From positions 3,245 to 67,244 of the forward strand of contig JAAZIU010000028.1 of NCBI GenBank assembly GCA_012800735.1: DNA of 64,000 nucleotides. Direction: 5' to 3'. Positions 9,066 through 19,003 of the stretch are shown here, piece after piece. Made by a program: the position numbers and the translations under genes. This DNA is from Clostridiales bacterium (GTDB lineage Bacteria; Bacillota; Clostridia; Oscillospirales; CAG-272). Within the stretch, counting starts at the first letter, position 1, and each line of letters opens with the position of its first letter. The notes beneath the pieces are model-generated. The model searched no databases, had not been told where the DNA came from, and saw nothing but the letters and a program-made list of their open reading frames with translations.

Positions 9066-9538
9066 TTTTTTTCGTCCGTTGTGCCGAAGATTATTTCGGC
9101 GGCCGATCCGGGTTTTTTCTCCTCGTATTCGATTGCCTGTGCTATCGTCGCCTGGGCGAGTTTTGAGCGGATTTCCTCGTTTACCCGACAGATAAAGCAG
9201 TGGAAGTAACAGTCTTTCGGCGTGTTGCCGAGTTTTGCGGCGCGGGTGCACTCGTAGTCGGGGGAGAGACATTTGTTCACTATGATAGGTCCGTCAACGG
9301 CCTCTACTACCTCGAGAACGGTGATGTCGTCGTTTTCGCGGGCGAGGAAATACCCGCCGCCGGGACCCTGCTTTGAGTTTACAAAGCCGGATATCATCAG
9401 CTTGCGCAGTATCTTTAATGTGAATCTTTCGGGAACGGCGATTTGTTCGGCTATCATTTTTGAGCCGACTACCGTCCCGTGCTGTCCGAGACAGCGCAGA
9501 ATACGCAGGGCATAATCGGTTTCACTTGTAATCTTCAT
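9062..9538 (-). CDS. Rrf2-family transcriptional regulator
   Basis: MKITSETDYALRILRCLG..., a winged-helix Rrf2 signature, with C-terminal Cys residues (CLSPDYEC..C..C). Start placed at ATG 9538 rather than the longer ORF-track start. Confidence 0.8.
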   Translation of the reverse strand: MKITSETDYALRILRCLGQHGTVVGSKMIAEQIAVPERFTLKILRKLMISGFVNSKQGPGGGYFLARENDDITVLEVVEAVDGPIIVNKCLSPDYECTRAAKLGNTPKDCYFHCFICRVNEEIRSKLAQATIAQAIEYEEKKPGSAAEIIFGTTDEKK

Positions 9539-9757
9539 AAAAATCGGCAGAACCGCGATCCTGCATACCTCCTGAATTGTTTTTATTATACACCTAATCG
9601 GTACATGACATATTATACCTTGAGCGTTAAAAATTGTCAATATCATTTCAGATGGTTTAACAAATAATTAACAATAATTCGCGCTTCGGTATACTATTAA
9701 TAAACAGAGAAGCTCAATCAGCAGTTTTTTTGCGCGCAGGCAGCGGCGCGGCTGAGG

Positions 9758-10555
9758 TCAGCAGTCAGTCGGGGCAGTCAGCCGGAAGCTCGCTTCGGCG
9801 GCGATGTTGCCGTCGCTTAAACGGGCGGTGAAATAGTATGTTTCATCGGGGGCGCCGCCGTCGGAGACGCGGCTTATCGTCAGGATTTCTCCCAGCGGCG
9901 CTTCGCGCAGGAAGCTTATCGTAAATTCGGAGATTCTCCGGTCGTCAAGCATCCCCTCCGGCAGATAATCGCAGAACATATCTGCGTAAACGGTGTTGTT
10001 GAGATGGCGGTTCATGTCGGCCGACGACCAGGCGACGCGGAATTCTCCGACTTCTTCCATATTGATATCCCGCGGGATGGCTATCCTGCGGCAGGGAAAG
10101 TCGTGCGGCTCGGAAAAACCGAAGCCGAAATGCTTCTGTTCCGGGCGGACAAAACGGCGCGTTTCGGTGTCGCATATCGCCCAGACCGCCGCGCCCAGAG
10201 CGACTGTCTCGCCGCCGCGGCTGATTTCATAGCAGCGGTCAATCGACATTCCCCTGAACGGCACTATCCACGCCAGGCAGTCGATTTTGTCGTGCTCAAA
10301 CAAATCCGCTTTTATCGAAAGGGAAATGCGGCTTAAAATAAACGCGCGCTGCATCTCCGCCCGCAGCTGCGCCGTCGTCGGCGGATTCATCTCATGCTGC
10401 ATCGACGCCGTATCCTGAAGATATCGCATAAACGCCGACGGACGCGCGTACCCGCTGCAGCCGATGTCGTTTGAGACTACTCTTAAAGCTTCGTGGTGCT
10501 TCCGGTCGCGATCCGGCGCCGGAGAGGCGGTTTTTGAATCGGTAATGTTATTCAT
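9758..10555 (-). CDS. Acyl-ACP thioesterase family protein (double hot-dog)
   Basis: 265 aa. Two-repeat organisation with ..FMRYLQDTA.. and ..DMNRHLNNTVYADM.., typical of acyl-ACP thioesterases. Confidence 0.6.
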   Translation of the reverse strand: MNNITDSKTASPAPDRDRKHHEALRVVSNDIGCSGYARPSAFMRYLQDTASMQHEMNPPTTAQLRAEMQRAFILSRISLSIKADLFEHDKIDCLAWIVPFRGMSIDRCYEISRGGETVALGAAVWAICDTETRRFVRPEQKHFGFGFSEPHDFPCRRIAIPRDINMEEVGEFRVAWSSADMNRHLNNTVYADMFCDYLPEGMLDDRRISEFTISFLREAPLGEILTISRVSDGGAPDETYYFTARLSDGNIAAEASFRLTAPTDC

Positions 10556-10691
10556 GGCAAAAATAGTATATATAAGTTATCTGTGAATCAATATGTTTTA
10601 TAGGGCAAAACTCGCGGCTGGCGTGAAGCGCCAGCCGGTATAAGCAATCAGATTAATTTATTTTGCGAAGCGGAATATATTCACCGGCTAT

Positions 10692-10785
10692 CAGAAAAAA
10701 CACCTGTAAAGACTTAACTTTGGTGCGGAGATGTTTCGGCTTCGCCGAAACTCTCGCATAACTGCGGACGAAGTCCGCAGTTATG
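10692..10785 (-). repeat. Hairpin-train repeat unit directly after fba; the palindrome contains the fba stop codon
   Basis: The minus strand reads caTAActgcggac-ttc-gtccgcagttatg, then cgagagtttcggcgaagccgaaacatctc, then cgcaccaaagttaagtctttacaggtgttttttctg. Confidence 0.8.
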
Positions 10786-11716
10786 CCTTGCCTTCGCAGC
10801 CGAGGACATTCTTAATCTTATGCTTTACGATAGTCTTGACGTTGTCGCGGGCGACTTTGAGGTAGCTGCGCGGGTCGAAGACGTCGGGCTGTTCGAACAT
10901 GACTTTGCGGATGCCGGCGGTCATCGCGAGGCGGATATCCGAGTCGATGTTTATCTTGCAGACGGCGCCGCGGGCGGCCTGGCGGAGCTGCTCTTCCGGG
11001 ATGCCGATGGCGTCTTTGAGGGCGCCGCCGGTCGCGTTGATCTGGCGGACGTATTCCTGCGGCACCGAGGACGCGCCGTGGAGAACGATCGGGAAGCCGG
11101 GCAGGCGGCGGGCGATTTCTTCAAGGATGTCAAAGCGGAGATGCGGGTCTTCGCCGGGCTTGAACTTGTATGCGCCGTGAGAGGTGCCTATCGCGATGGC
11201 GAGGGAGTCGACGCCGGTCGACTTTACGAATTCCTCAACCTCGTCCGGGTCGGTATACATCGCCTTGTCGGCTTCGACGGAGACGGCGTCTTCGATGCCG
11301 GCGAGGGTTCCCAGCTCGGCTTCGACGGTGACGCCGCGGGCGCGCGCGTATTCTACGACTCTTTTTGTCTCGGCGATGTTGTCTTTAAACGGATGGGAGG
11401 AGTAGTCAATCATGACGGAGGTAAATCCGCTGTCGATGCAGTCGCGGCAGGTTTCGAAATCGCCGCCGTGGTCGAGGTGGAGGGCGAAATCGATGCCTAA
11501 GTCTTCGCAGGCGGCGTGCGCAAGCGCCTTTAAATAGGCGGGCTTTGCGTATTTGCGGGCGCCGGCGGAAGCCTGGAGGATGAGCGGAGCTTTCAGCTCG
11601 GCGGCGGCTTCGGTAACGCCCTGAATAATCTCCATATTGTTGATGTTGAAAGCGCCGACCGCGTATCCGCCTTCGTAGGCCTTCATCAGCATTTCTTTGG
11701 TGTTTATAAGAGCCAT
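10781..11716 (-). CDS. fba: Class II fructose-1,6-bisphosphate aldolase
   Basis: MALINTKEMLMKAYEGGYAVGAFNINNME.., LHLDHG, GTSHGAYKF, HGASS. Start ATG 11716 has an AAAGGA RBS. Confidence 0.9.
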   Translation of the reverse strand: MALINTKEMLMKAYEGGYAVGAFNINNMEIIQGVTEAAAELKAPLILQASAGARKYAKPAYLKALAHAACEDLGIDFALHLDHGGDFETCRDCIDSGFTSVMIDYSSHPFKDNIAETKRVVEYARARGVTVEAELGTLAGIEDAVSVEADKAMYTDPDEVEEFVKSTGVDSLAIAIGTSHGAYKFKPGEDPHLRFDILEEIARRLPGFPIVLHGASSVPQEYVRQINATGGALKDAIGIPEEQLRQAARGAVCKINIDSDIRLAMTAGIRKVMFEQPDVFDPRSYLKVARDNVKTIVKHKIKNVLGCEGKA

Positions 11717-11909
11717 TTTAAGGATCCTTTCATATAGGGTTATTTTATTCAATATAATATTATACCACTCGGCGGCGCCTATATCAAGCGATGAGGGGTG
11801 GGGTTTTGGTAAATTTTTTGTTATTATCCCCCAACCCCCCTAATCTTTCAAAGACTTTAGGTCATTTTTAATATCCGGCAAGATAAGTCTGATGGCAAAA
11901 CCGTTTATC

Positions 11910-13397
11910 TCACGGCTTCAGCGCCTTATATCCCTCGACGAGCTTCGCCAGAGACTTATTGTACTTCTTCTCGTTTCTGGCGTAGAGAGAGGTGTAGGGG
12001 GTGTTTTCATCGACCATGTAGCGGAAGATGTGGATCATGTTATCGCAGGAGACGGAGTTGACGAAACCGAAATTAAAGAGGGCGCCGGAGCGGATTATGT
12101 CGAGCATCTCGATGCTGTTTTCATCGGTGCTGTATTTGTATTTCATCGCCGTCTCGAAGAAGGCGGGGGTGACGGAGAAATACGACTCCGCCGCCATCGC
12201 CTCGGTCACGGCGCCGATCATATCAAGGTTTTCGGCGTTTTTCGGGACACAGAAAAGGGAATAGGCGTCCTGGGAGAGGGTATGGTAATTCTGCTGATTT
12301 TCGTCGTATTTCGGGGGCGGGATAATGCCGTATTCAAAAGAGGAATCGCGCAGAAAGTCGACGGCGAAGTTGAGCATGCTGATATCAAGCAGCGCGCGGC
12401 CGTTTAAAAACGGCGGATGGGTATCGTCTTCGTTTTCAATTCTTGCGTAAACCCCTTCGTTTTTCTTGTAAAGACGCAGCACCGCGTCGGCGATATTGAC
12501 GGCTCTCTCGTCATTCATCCGTATGACAAGCTCGCCGGATTCGTCGCGGGCGGTAAGCGGCTGATTGAAGGCGGGGAAGAAAAGGTCGCAGTTATTGCCT
12601 ATCGGAAGGACGAGTCCGTATTCGTCGTCAACGGTCATCTTTCCGTCGCCGTCGATGTCGTTTGCGATAGACGCGGCAAGCTCGTAAAGCGTGTTATATG
12701 TCCAGTCGCCGGCTCTGACGGTGTCGTAAAGGTCGGGAACTGCGTATCTCTCCGCCATGTCTTTGTTGAAGAAGACGGCGAACATCTGACCTATCATCGA
12801 GGTGGAAAGGTCGCCGCTTGCAAAATAGAGCTGATCGTAGAGCGTCAGCTCGTCGCGGAGGTTGGAATTCCACCACGGCTGATCGAAATTGAGGTAGGGA
12901 ATGTCCAAAAGATTGGTTAATACCCCCTCTATCGCCAGCGCCGTCACATAGTAGGCGTATCCGGCGACAAGCTGAAATTCGTCGTCTCCCGCCTGTACGT
13001 TGGCGCGGATGCGGTCGAGAAATTGAATATGGTTGCCCCAGGCGCCGAGAGCGCGGATGACGCCGATATCGACTCCGAGCCGGTCTTCGACGGCTTTTTG
13101 ACGGTTGTAAACGGCGTCGTTGACTATCTCGCCGTTCATCTCGTCGGTGACCATCTCGTTGCCGAAGATATATTCTTCGCGGCTGTAAATAATGTATTCT
13201 TCGCCGTCAAAGCGCAGGTCGGGCGGCAGGCCGTCGGGAGGAGCGGTTTCTTCGGTGGTTTCCGCGGTCGCCGTGCCGGTATCGGATTGTTCCCGGCTTT
13301 CACTTGACGAGCCGCAGCCGGTAAACGACATTGCAATAAGCGAGAGAAAAAGCAGCGCCGCAAGCAGAATCGAAACGGTTTTAATCTTTAATCGCAT
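11910..13397 (-). CDS. Lipoprotein, family-1 solute-binding-protein-like (paralog 3 of 10; tandem array A)
   Basis: Lipobox SFTGCGSS; DQPWWNSN, DIDGDGKMTVDDEYG, YGIIPPPKYDENQ. Its C-terminal third is near-identical to the next two genes. Confidence 0.85.
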   Translation of the reverse strand: MRLKIKTVSILLAALLFLSLIAMSFTGCGSSSESREQSDTGTATAETTEETAPPDGLPPDLRFDGEEYIIYSREEYIFGNEMVTDEMNGEIVNDAVYNRQKAVEDRLGVDIGVIRALGAWGNHIQFLDRIRANVQAGDDEFQLVAGYAYYVTALAIEGVLTNLLDIPYLNFDQPWWNSNLRDELTLYDQLYFASGDLSTSMIGQMFAVFFNKDMAERYAVPDLYDTVRAGDWTYNTLYELAASIANDIDGDGKMTVDDEYGLVLPIGNNCDLFFPAFNQPLTARDESGELVIRMNDERAVNIADAVLRLYKKNEGVYARIENEDDTHPPFLNGRALLDISMLNFAVDFLRDSSFEYGIIPPPKYDENQQNYHTLSQDAYSLFCVPKNAENLDMIGAVTEAMAAESYFSVTPAFFETAMKYKYSTDENSIEMLDIIRSGALFNFGFVNSVSCDNMIHIFRYMVDENTPYTSLYARNEKKYNKSLAKLVEGYKALKP

Positions 13398-13624
13398 TTT
13401 ATACCTCCTGATTATATGGCCTGTGGTGATTTATAATTTTTTTTAAACCGCGCTTCACGCGTAAGCAGCGGGGGCAGCCGTTTTTTCCCCGAACACGGCT
13501 ACGGCGGTCAGTTTGTTACGGTTAATAAAGAAGAGCCGCAGCCCCGAACCCGGCGGCTGCAAACCGCCGGATTCAAGTCCGCGCAGTCAATGCGCCGTCA
13601 AACTTACCCCTGCAGCTACTGCAG

Positions 13625-15124
13625 CTACTGCAGCTGCTGCAGCTCTTTATACGCCTCGACAAGCTTCGTCAGAGCCGCCTGATATTTCGACTCGTTTTTG
13701 GCATAGAGCGAAGTATACGGAGTATTGTTCTTGACCATGGCGCGGAAGATGTGGATCATGTTCTCGCAGGAGACGGAGTTGACGAATCCGAAGTTGAAGA
13801 GAGCGCCGGAGCGGATGATGTCAAGCATCTCGATGCTGTTTTCGTCGGTGCTGTATTTGTATTTCATCGCCGTCTCGAAGAAGGCGGGGGTGACGGAGAA
13901 GTAGGATTCCGCCGCCATCGCCTCGGTCACGGCGCCGATCATGTCAAGGTCTCCGGCGTTTTTCGGGATGCAGAAGAGGGAATAGGCGTCCTGTGAGAGG
14001 GTGTGATAATCCTTCTGACTTTCGTCGTATTTCGGGGGCGGGATAATGCCGTATTCGAAAGAGGAGTCGCGGAGCCTGTCGATGGCGAAATTCAGCACGT
14101 TGATGTTGAGCAGCGCGCGGCCGTGAATGAACGGGGTGTGAGCATCCGGCTCCATCTCGATTATCGAGAAAACGCCTTCGTTTTCCTTGTAAATGCGCAG
14201 TACCGCGTCGGCTATCATGACGGCTCTCTCGTCGCCCATCCTTATCACTATCTCTCCCGATTCGTCGCGGGCGGTAAGCGGCTGGTCGAATGCCGGGAAG
14301 AAAAGGTCGCAGTTGTTGCCTATCGGCATAACGAGGCCGTATTCGTCGTCGACGGTCATCTCCCCGTCGCCGTCGATGTCGTTTGCGATAGACGCGGAAA
14401 GCTCGTAGAGCGTGTCATATGTCCATTTGCCCGCCCGGACGGTTTCGTAAAGGTCGGGGACTGCGTATTTTTCCGCCATACTCTTGTTGAAGAAGGTGGC
14501 GAACATCTGAGCTATCATCGTGTAGGAAAGGTCGCCGCCGGCAAAATAGAGCTGCCCGTAAAGCGTCAGCTCGTCGCGGAGGTTGGAGTTCCACCACGGC
14601 CGGTCGAAATCGAGGTAAGGTACTTCGAGCAGATTCGTGAATATTCCCTCGGTCGCCAGCGCCGTTACGTAGTAGGCGTAACCGGCGACTAATTGGAACT
14701 CGTTGTCTCCCGACTGCACCGAGCCGCGGAGCCTGTCGAAGAATTTGCCCTCGTTGCCCCAGATGCCGGGCGCGCGGACAACGCCGATGTCGACGCCGAG
14801 TTTTTCCTCAACGGCGCGCTGACGGTTGTAGACGGCATCGTTTACGATTTCGCCGTTCATCTCGTCGGTGACCATTTCATTCGGCCAGAGCAGGTCTTCT
14901 CGGCAATAGATTACGTATTTCTCGCCGTCGAAGCGGAGATTCGGCGGCAGTCCGTCGGAAGGGGCGGTTTCGGCGGCGGTTTCGGTTGTAATTTCGCCCG
15001 GGTCTGCGGTTTGTTCGGCGGTGTCTTTTTGCGGCGAACCGCAGCCGGCAAAGGAAATAGCTGAAAGCGTAACAAGCGTCAGCGCCGCAAGCAGCGCCGA
15101 TACGGTTTTTATCCGGAGTCTCAT
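13625..15124 (-). CDS. Lipoprotein, family-1 solute-binding-protein-like (paralog 4 of 10; tandem array A)
   Basis: Lipobox SFAGCGSP and the same landmarks. The 3' end carries a 9-nt CTGCAGCTA stutter (13610-13645). Confidence 0.85.
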   Translation of the reverse strand: MRLRIKTVSALLAALTLVTLSAISFAGCGSPQKDTAEQTADPGEITTETAAETAPSDGLPPNLRFDGEKYVIYCREDLLWPNEMVTDEMNGEIVNDAVYNRQRAVEEKLGVDIGVVRAPGIWGNEGKFFDRLRGSVQSGDNEFQLVAGYAYYVTALATEGIFTNLLEVPYLDFDRPWWNSNLRDELTLYGQLYFAGGDLSYTMIAQMFATFFNKSMAEKYAVPDLYETVRAGKWTYDTLYELSASIANDIDGDGEMTVDDEYGLVMPIGNNCDLFFPAFDQPLTARDESGEIVIRMGDERAVMIADAVLRIYKENEGVFSIIEMEPDAHTPFIHGRALLNINVLNFAIDRLRDSSFEYGIIPPPKYDESQKDYHTLSQDAYSLFCIPKNAGDLDMIGAVTEAMAAESYFSVTPAFFETAMKYKYSTDENSIEMLDIIRSGALFNFGFVNSVSCENMIHIFRAMVKNNTPYTSLYAKNESKYQAALTKLVEAYKELQQLQ

Positions 15125-15166
15125 TTTTCTGCCTCGTGTTTTTCTTTTATGTTGTAAGCATTAAAT

Positions 15167-16657
15167 TCACGGCTTCATCGCCTTATATCCCTCAACAAGC
15201 TTTGTCAGGGCCGCCTGATACCTCGACTCGTTTTTGGCGTAGAGGGAGGTAAACGGCTTCTTCTCCATTACCATGTAGCGGAAGATGTGGATCATGTTCT
15301 CGCAGGAGACGGAGTTGACAAAGCCGAAGTTGAAGAGGGCGCCCCCTCGGACGATGTCGAGCATCTCGATGCTGTTTTCGTCGGTGCTGTATTTGTATTT
15401 CATCGCCGTCTCGAAGAAGGCGGGGGTGACGGAGAAGTAGGATTCCGCCGCCATCGCCTCGGTCACGGCGCCGATCATCTCAAGGTCGCCGGCGTTTTTC
15501 GGGATGCAGAAGAGGGAATAGGCGTCCTGGGAGAGGGTGTGGTAGTTCTGCTGATTTTCGTCGTATTTCGGCACCGGGATGATTCCGTATTCAAAAGAGG
15601 AGTCGCGGAGTCTGTCGATGGCGAAATTCAGCACGTTGATGTCAAGCAGCGCGCGGCCGTGAATGAACGGGGTGTGGGCGTCCGGATCCCCTTCGTTTAC
15701 CGTGTAGACGCCTTCGTTTTTAGTGAAGAGCTGCAGCACCGCGTCGGCGATCATGACGGCTCGCTCGTCGTTCATTCTCAGCACTATCTCGCCGGATTCG
15801 TCGCGGGCGGTAAGCGGCTGGTTGAAGGCGGGCCAGAAAAGGTCGCACTGGTTTCCGTCGGGTATGACAAGGCCGTATTCGTCGTTGACGGTCATCTTCC
15901 CGTCGCCGTCTATGTCGTTTGATATCGACGCGACAAGCGTGTAAATCGTGTCATATGTCCATTTGCCTTCGCGGACGGTGTCGTAAAGGTCGGGAACGCT
16001 GAATTTCTCCGCCATGTCCTTGTTGAAGAAGGTGGCGAACATCTGGCCGATCATCGTGTAGGAGAGGTCGCCGCCGGCATAGTAGAGCTGATCGTAGAGC
16101 GTCAGCTCGTCGCGGAGGTTGGAGTTCCACCACGGCCGGTCGAAGTTGAGATAGGGGACGTGCAGAAGGTTTGTAAACACCCCTTCTATCGCCATCGACG
16201 TCACATAGTAGGCGTATCCGGCGACGAGTTGGAATTCGTTGTCTCCCGCCTGCACGTTGGCGCGTACTTTGTCATGGAACTGGATATGGCTGCCCCAGCT
16301 GCCGGGCGCGCGGACGACGCCGATATCGACGCCGAGCCGGTCTTCGACGACTTTCTGGCGATTGTATACCGCGTCGTTGACGATCTCGCCGTTCATGTCG
16401 TCGGTGACCATCTCGTTCATCCAGAGATGCTCCTCTCGGCTGTAAATTATATATTTTTCGCCGTCGAAACGGAGATCCGGCGGCAGGCCGTCGGAAGGGG
16501 CGGTTTCTTCGGTCGTGGTTTCGGCGGCCGCCGTGCCGGTATCCTGTCCGGGGGCGTCGCTTTTTTTCGAGCCGCAGCCGGCGAAGGAGAGCGCCAGAAG
16601 CGAGATTAGCAGCAGCGCCGCAAGCAGCGCCGATGTAGTTTTGATGCGTGTTGTCAT
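15167..16657 (-). CDS. Lipoprotein, family-1 solute-binding-protein-like (paralog 5 of 10; tandem array A)
   Basis: Lipobox SFAGCGSK and the same landmarks. Only 42 nt separate it from paralog 4. Confidence 0.85.
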   Translation of the reverse strand: MTTRIKTTSALLAALLLISLLALSFAGCGSKKSDAPGQDTGTAAAETTTEETAPSDGLPPDLRFDGEKYIIYSREEHLWMNEMVTDDMNGEIVNDAVYNRQKVVEDRLGVDIGVVRAPGSWGSHIQFHDKVRANVQAGDNEFQLVAGYAYYVTSMAIEGVFTNLLHVPYLNFDRPWWNSNLRDELTLYDQLYYAGGDLSYTMIGQMFATFFNKDMAEKFSVPDLYDTVREGKWTYDTIYTLVASISNDIDGDGKMTVNDEYGLVIPDGNQCDLFWPAFNQPLTARDESGEIVLRMNDERAVMIADAVLQLFTKNEGVYTVNEGDPDAHTPFIHGRALLDINVLNFAIDRLRDSSFEYGIIPVPKYDENQQNYHTLSQDAYSLFCIPKNAGDLEMIGAVTEAMAAESYFSVTPAFFETAMKYKYSTDENSIEMLDIVRGGALFNFGFVNSVSCENMIHIFRYMVMEKKPFTSLYAKNESRYQAALTKLVEGYKAMKP

Positions 16658-16757
16658 TGGGTCCTCCGTGTATTTTATTTTTTTATATCAATAATTGCGG
16701 GGGGCAATTTTTTTTATTGGGTGCGGGGAAGGGGGATTTGGCGCGGCAGGATGGGAT

Positions 16758-17507
16758 TTATATCAATATACCGTCCAATTCTTCAATCATTATTTGCGGG
16801 GAAAACAGCATGTTTTCACAATGAGACTTGCCTTTAAATTCTTTTATAAAACTGTTTTTGCAGTGTTTCGATATAAATCCGGCCGATTTTTTTGCAAGCA
16901 ATTCGTTGATTGTCGTTCCGTGAAAGTAATAAATCCGGGTGTTTTCGGCGTCGAGATTCGGGGGCAGCCGATAATCGACCACGCCTTTTACGCAGTTTTG
17001 TATCGTGGTGTCCGTCATAAAATCCAAAACGTTTAAAAATTCGTCGAAACAGTCTTTCGGACACATGCTTTCTGCTTGCTTTAAAGCCTTTTTATCCCTC
17101 TTTTGCGATTTATGCGTTGCGGTCAGATAAAAATTGAGTATCATTTTTTTCATCAGGAAATTTACGGGTATAAGCGGAGAGCTGTCAAAAATCAGCTTTT
17201 CGATTTTAAGCCGATCCCGCCGCCACAGGGTCGCGGCTAAAACGCCGCCCATAGACATTGCGTAAACGGCAAAGACATCCGCGCCGTATTTCGGAATATA
17301 ATAGTTTTCGAATTCTTCGGCAGATACGGAAAATGAGACAAAATCCTCTTCATGATTCGGATAATGCCCGGGCAGGATAGGAACGATTATGTGAAAATTA
17401 CTCGAATAATGCTCTATATATTTATTCCAAATCTGATAAGGCATTTGAAAACCGTGTATCAAAACGAGCTTTCTTTTTGAACTGTCTCCGAATTCGAGGG
17501 CTTTCAA
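16758..17507 (-). CDS. Alpha/beta hydrolase
   Basis: 249 aa with LVLIHGF and nucleophile elbow AMSMGG. Visibly AT-richer than its flanks. Confidence 0.7.
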   Translation of the reverse strand: MKALEFGDSSKRKLVLIHGFQMPYQIWNKYIEHYSSNFHIIVPILPGHYPNHEEDFVSFSVSAEEFENYYIPKYGADVFAVYAMSMGGVLAATLWRRDRLKIEKLIFDSSPLIPVNFLMKKMILNFYLTATHKSQKRDKKALKQAESMCPKDCFDEFLNVLDFMTDTTIQNCVKGVVDYRLPPNLDAENTRIYYFHGTTINELLAKKSAGFISKHCKNSFIKEFKGKSHCENMLFSPQIMIEELDGILI

Positions 17508-17562
17508 TTTTCTGTCTCCTTGTCTGTTTTGAGGTTTTAAATAATTTGGGCAGCGGGACGGC

Positions 17563-17751
17563 TTATTTCAGAACTTCCCATGTCGGGGCTTTTTTAGAGC
17601 CGATCCGCCGGATATATCCCTTTTTTGTAAGCGAATTCAGCGTTCTCTGAACCGTCCTTACGGTTTTGGAAATTTTGTCGGAAAGTTCTTCTCTTGAGGA
17701 ATCGGGTTTTTGTTTCAAGATGGCATAAACCGCTTTTTCGGTTTTGTTCAA
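17563..17751 (-). CDS. Small winged-helix DNA-binding protein; possibly the C-terminal remnant of a larger regulator
   Basis: 62 aa from a TTG start: ..SSREELSDKISKTVRTVQRTLNSLTKKGYIRRIGSKKAPTWEVLK. The frame stays open upstream to 17871 and encodes degenerate DKNVTSDV repeats without any ATG or GTG. Confidence 0.5.
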   Translation of the reverse strand: MNKTEKAVYAILKQKPDSSREELSDKISKTVRTVQRTLNSLTKKGYIRRIGSKKAPTWEVLK

Positions 17752-17831
17752 AGTGACGTTTTCGTCCGAAGTGACATCCGAAGTGACATTTTTGTCCGAG
17801 GGGACGTCTGAAGTGACATTTTTGTCACTTC
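17752..17831. repeat. Four to five copies of GAAGTGACA, ending in a perfect 9-4-9 palindrome
   Basis: gaagtgaca at 17768, 17780 and 17810. gaagtgaca-tttt-tgtcacttc spans 17810-17831, directly upstream of the wHTH ORF. Confidence 0.7.
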
Positions 17832-17962
17832 GCTGTTTTTCCGTTTCCGGCGACGCTTTTCTTATTACCCCTCAACGTTTCCCGCGTGTTCGATTTCCGT
17901 CGACGCGCAAATACAACCGCCGTATCGTTCCTTCGACAGCGCCTTTTTCCGAAGCGGTTATT

Positions 17963-18763
17963 TTACTCGGTATAAAAATCCCCTATTATCTTCACCAGCA
18001 GCTTTTCCGGGATGAACGCGGCGCCGCGGGAGAGTATTTCGTTTATCGGACTTGTGAAGATAATCGGGTCTTCGCGGAACATTCCGTTGAGGGCGGCGAC
18101 GGCCACATGTCGGGCGGTCTGTTCCGGCAGGCGGAAGGCGGTTCCGGCGCGCTCGAAGAATTTGCTGCCGTTGGTGGGGCCGGGGCAGACGGCGCCGACA
18201 TAAACCGGACTGCCGCTTTTCTTCAGCTCCTCGTTTACGGCGAGGGAGAGGCTTAATATATACGCCTTCGACGCGAAGTATTCCGACATATGCACTCCCG
18301 GCATAAACGCGGCGATCGACGAATAATTCAGCACATACCCCCCGCCGCGCTTCACCATCTGCGGCAGGTATCCCGCCATAAGCTGCTGGGCGGCGCGGAC
18401 GTTTACGTCAAGCAAGGCAAGTCCGCTTTTTCCGCCGTCTTTTTCGGCGCGGCTGACAAAGTCGCCGTAAATGCCGTATCCGGCGCAGTTTATCAGGATA
18501 TCGGCGGTCGGTCTCAATTTCAGCAGATTTGAGACGGATTTTTCATTTGAAAGGTCGCAGACGACGGCGGAGCAGCCGGTTTCGACGGCGATTTTCCGCA
18601 GCTTCGCTTCGTCCCGTCCGACGGCGGTGACGCTGTATCCCATTTTGGAGAGCAGGCGCACCGTCTCGGCGCCGATGCCGGAAGAGCCGCCGGTGACTAC
18701 GGCGGAGTAGCGTTTTCTGATTACTTTGCCTTTATTATAAGGCGATTTTTGCGGTGTGTACAT
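17963..18763 (-). CDS. SDR-family oxidoreductase
   Basis: VVTGGSSGIGAE (TGxxxGxG), NCAG, YxxxK (YFASK). Confidence 0.85.
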   Translation of the reverse strand: MYTPQKSPYNKGKVIRKRYSAVVTGGSSGIGAETVRLLSKMGYSVTAVGRDEAKLRKIAVETGCSAVVCDLSNEKSVSNLLKLRPTADILINCAGYGIYGDFVSRAEKDGGKSGLALLDVNVRAAQQLMAGYLPQMVKRGGGYVLNYSSIAAFMPGVHMSEYFASKAYILSLSLAVNEELKKSGSPVYVGAVCPGPTNGSKFFERAGTAFRLPEQTARHVAVAALNGMFREDPIIFTSPINEILSRGAAFIPEKLLVKIIGDFYTE

Positions 18764-19003
18764 TTTTTATACCTCCTGCCGGCGTTCCGCGCCGACCGCT
18801 GTCCAAGGTTTTTATCGGTGTTTTTTATGTATTATATTTAAAAAAACTTTTGATTTTTTCTTGAGCGTTTACAATTTATTGTAGAATTACTTTTACGGTT
18901 ATGTTACTATATGAATAACCGCGCGGCGGTTATTCGCCGCCGGATAATCAAGTTTTTATCGGTTTTTATAAAACAAATTCAGAATATTATCGGGGAGGAA
19001 ACC

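Noticed and set aside
12694-12876. Conserved 60-aa alternative-frame ORF present in all three array-A genes (also 14415-14597, 15951-16133)
   Set aside because: Its conservation is explained by the near-identical nucleotide sequence of the host genes. The translation is Arg/Pro-rich with no start context.
16658-16757. aattgcggggggcaatt hairpin as a terminator
   Set aside because: The stem is short with a G-rich loop, and neither strand has the appropriate gene plus T-tract combination. The evidence is too weak.
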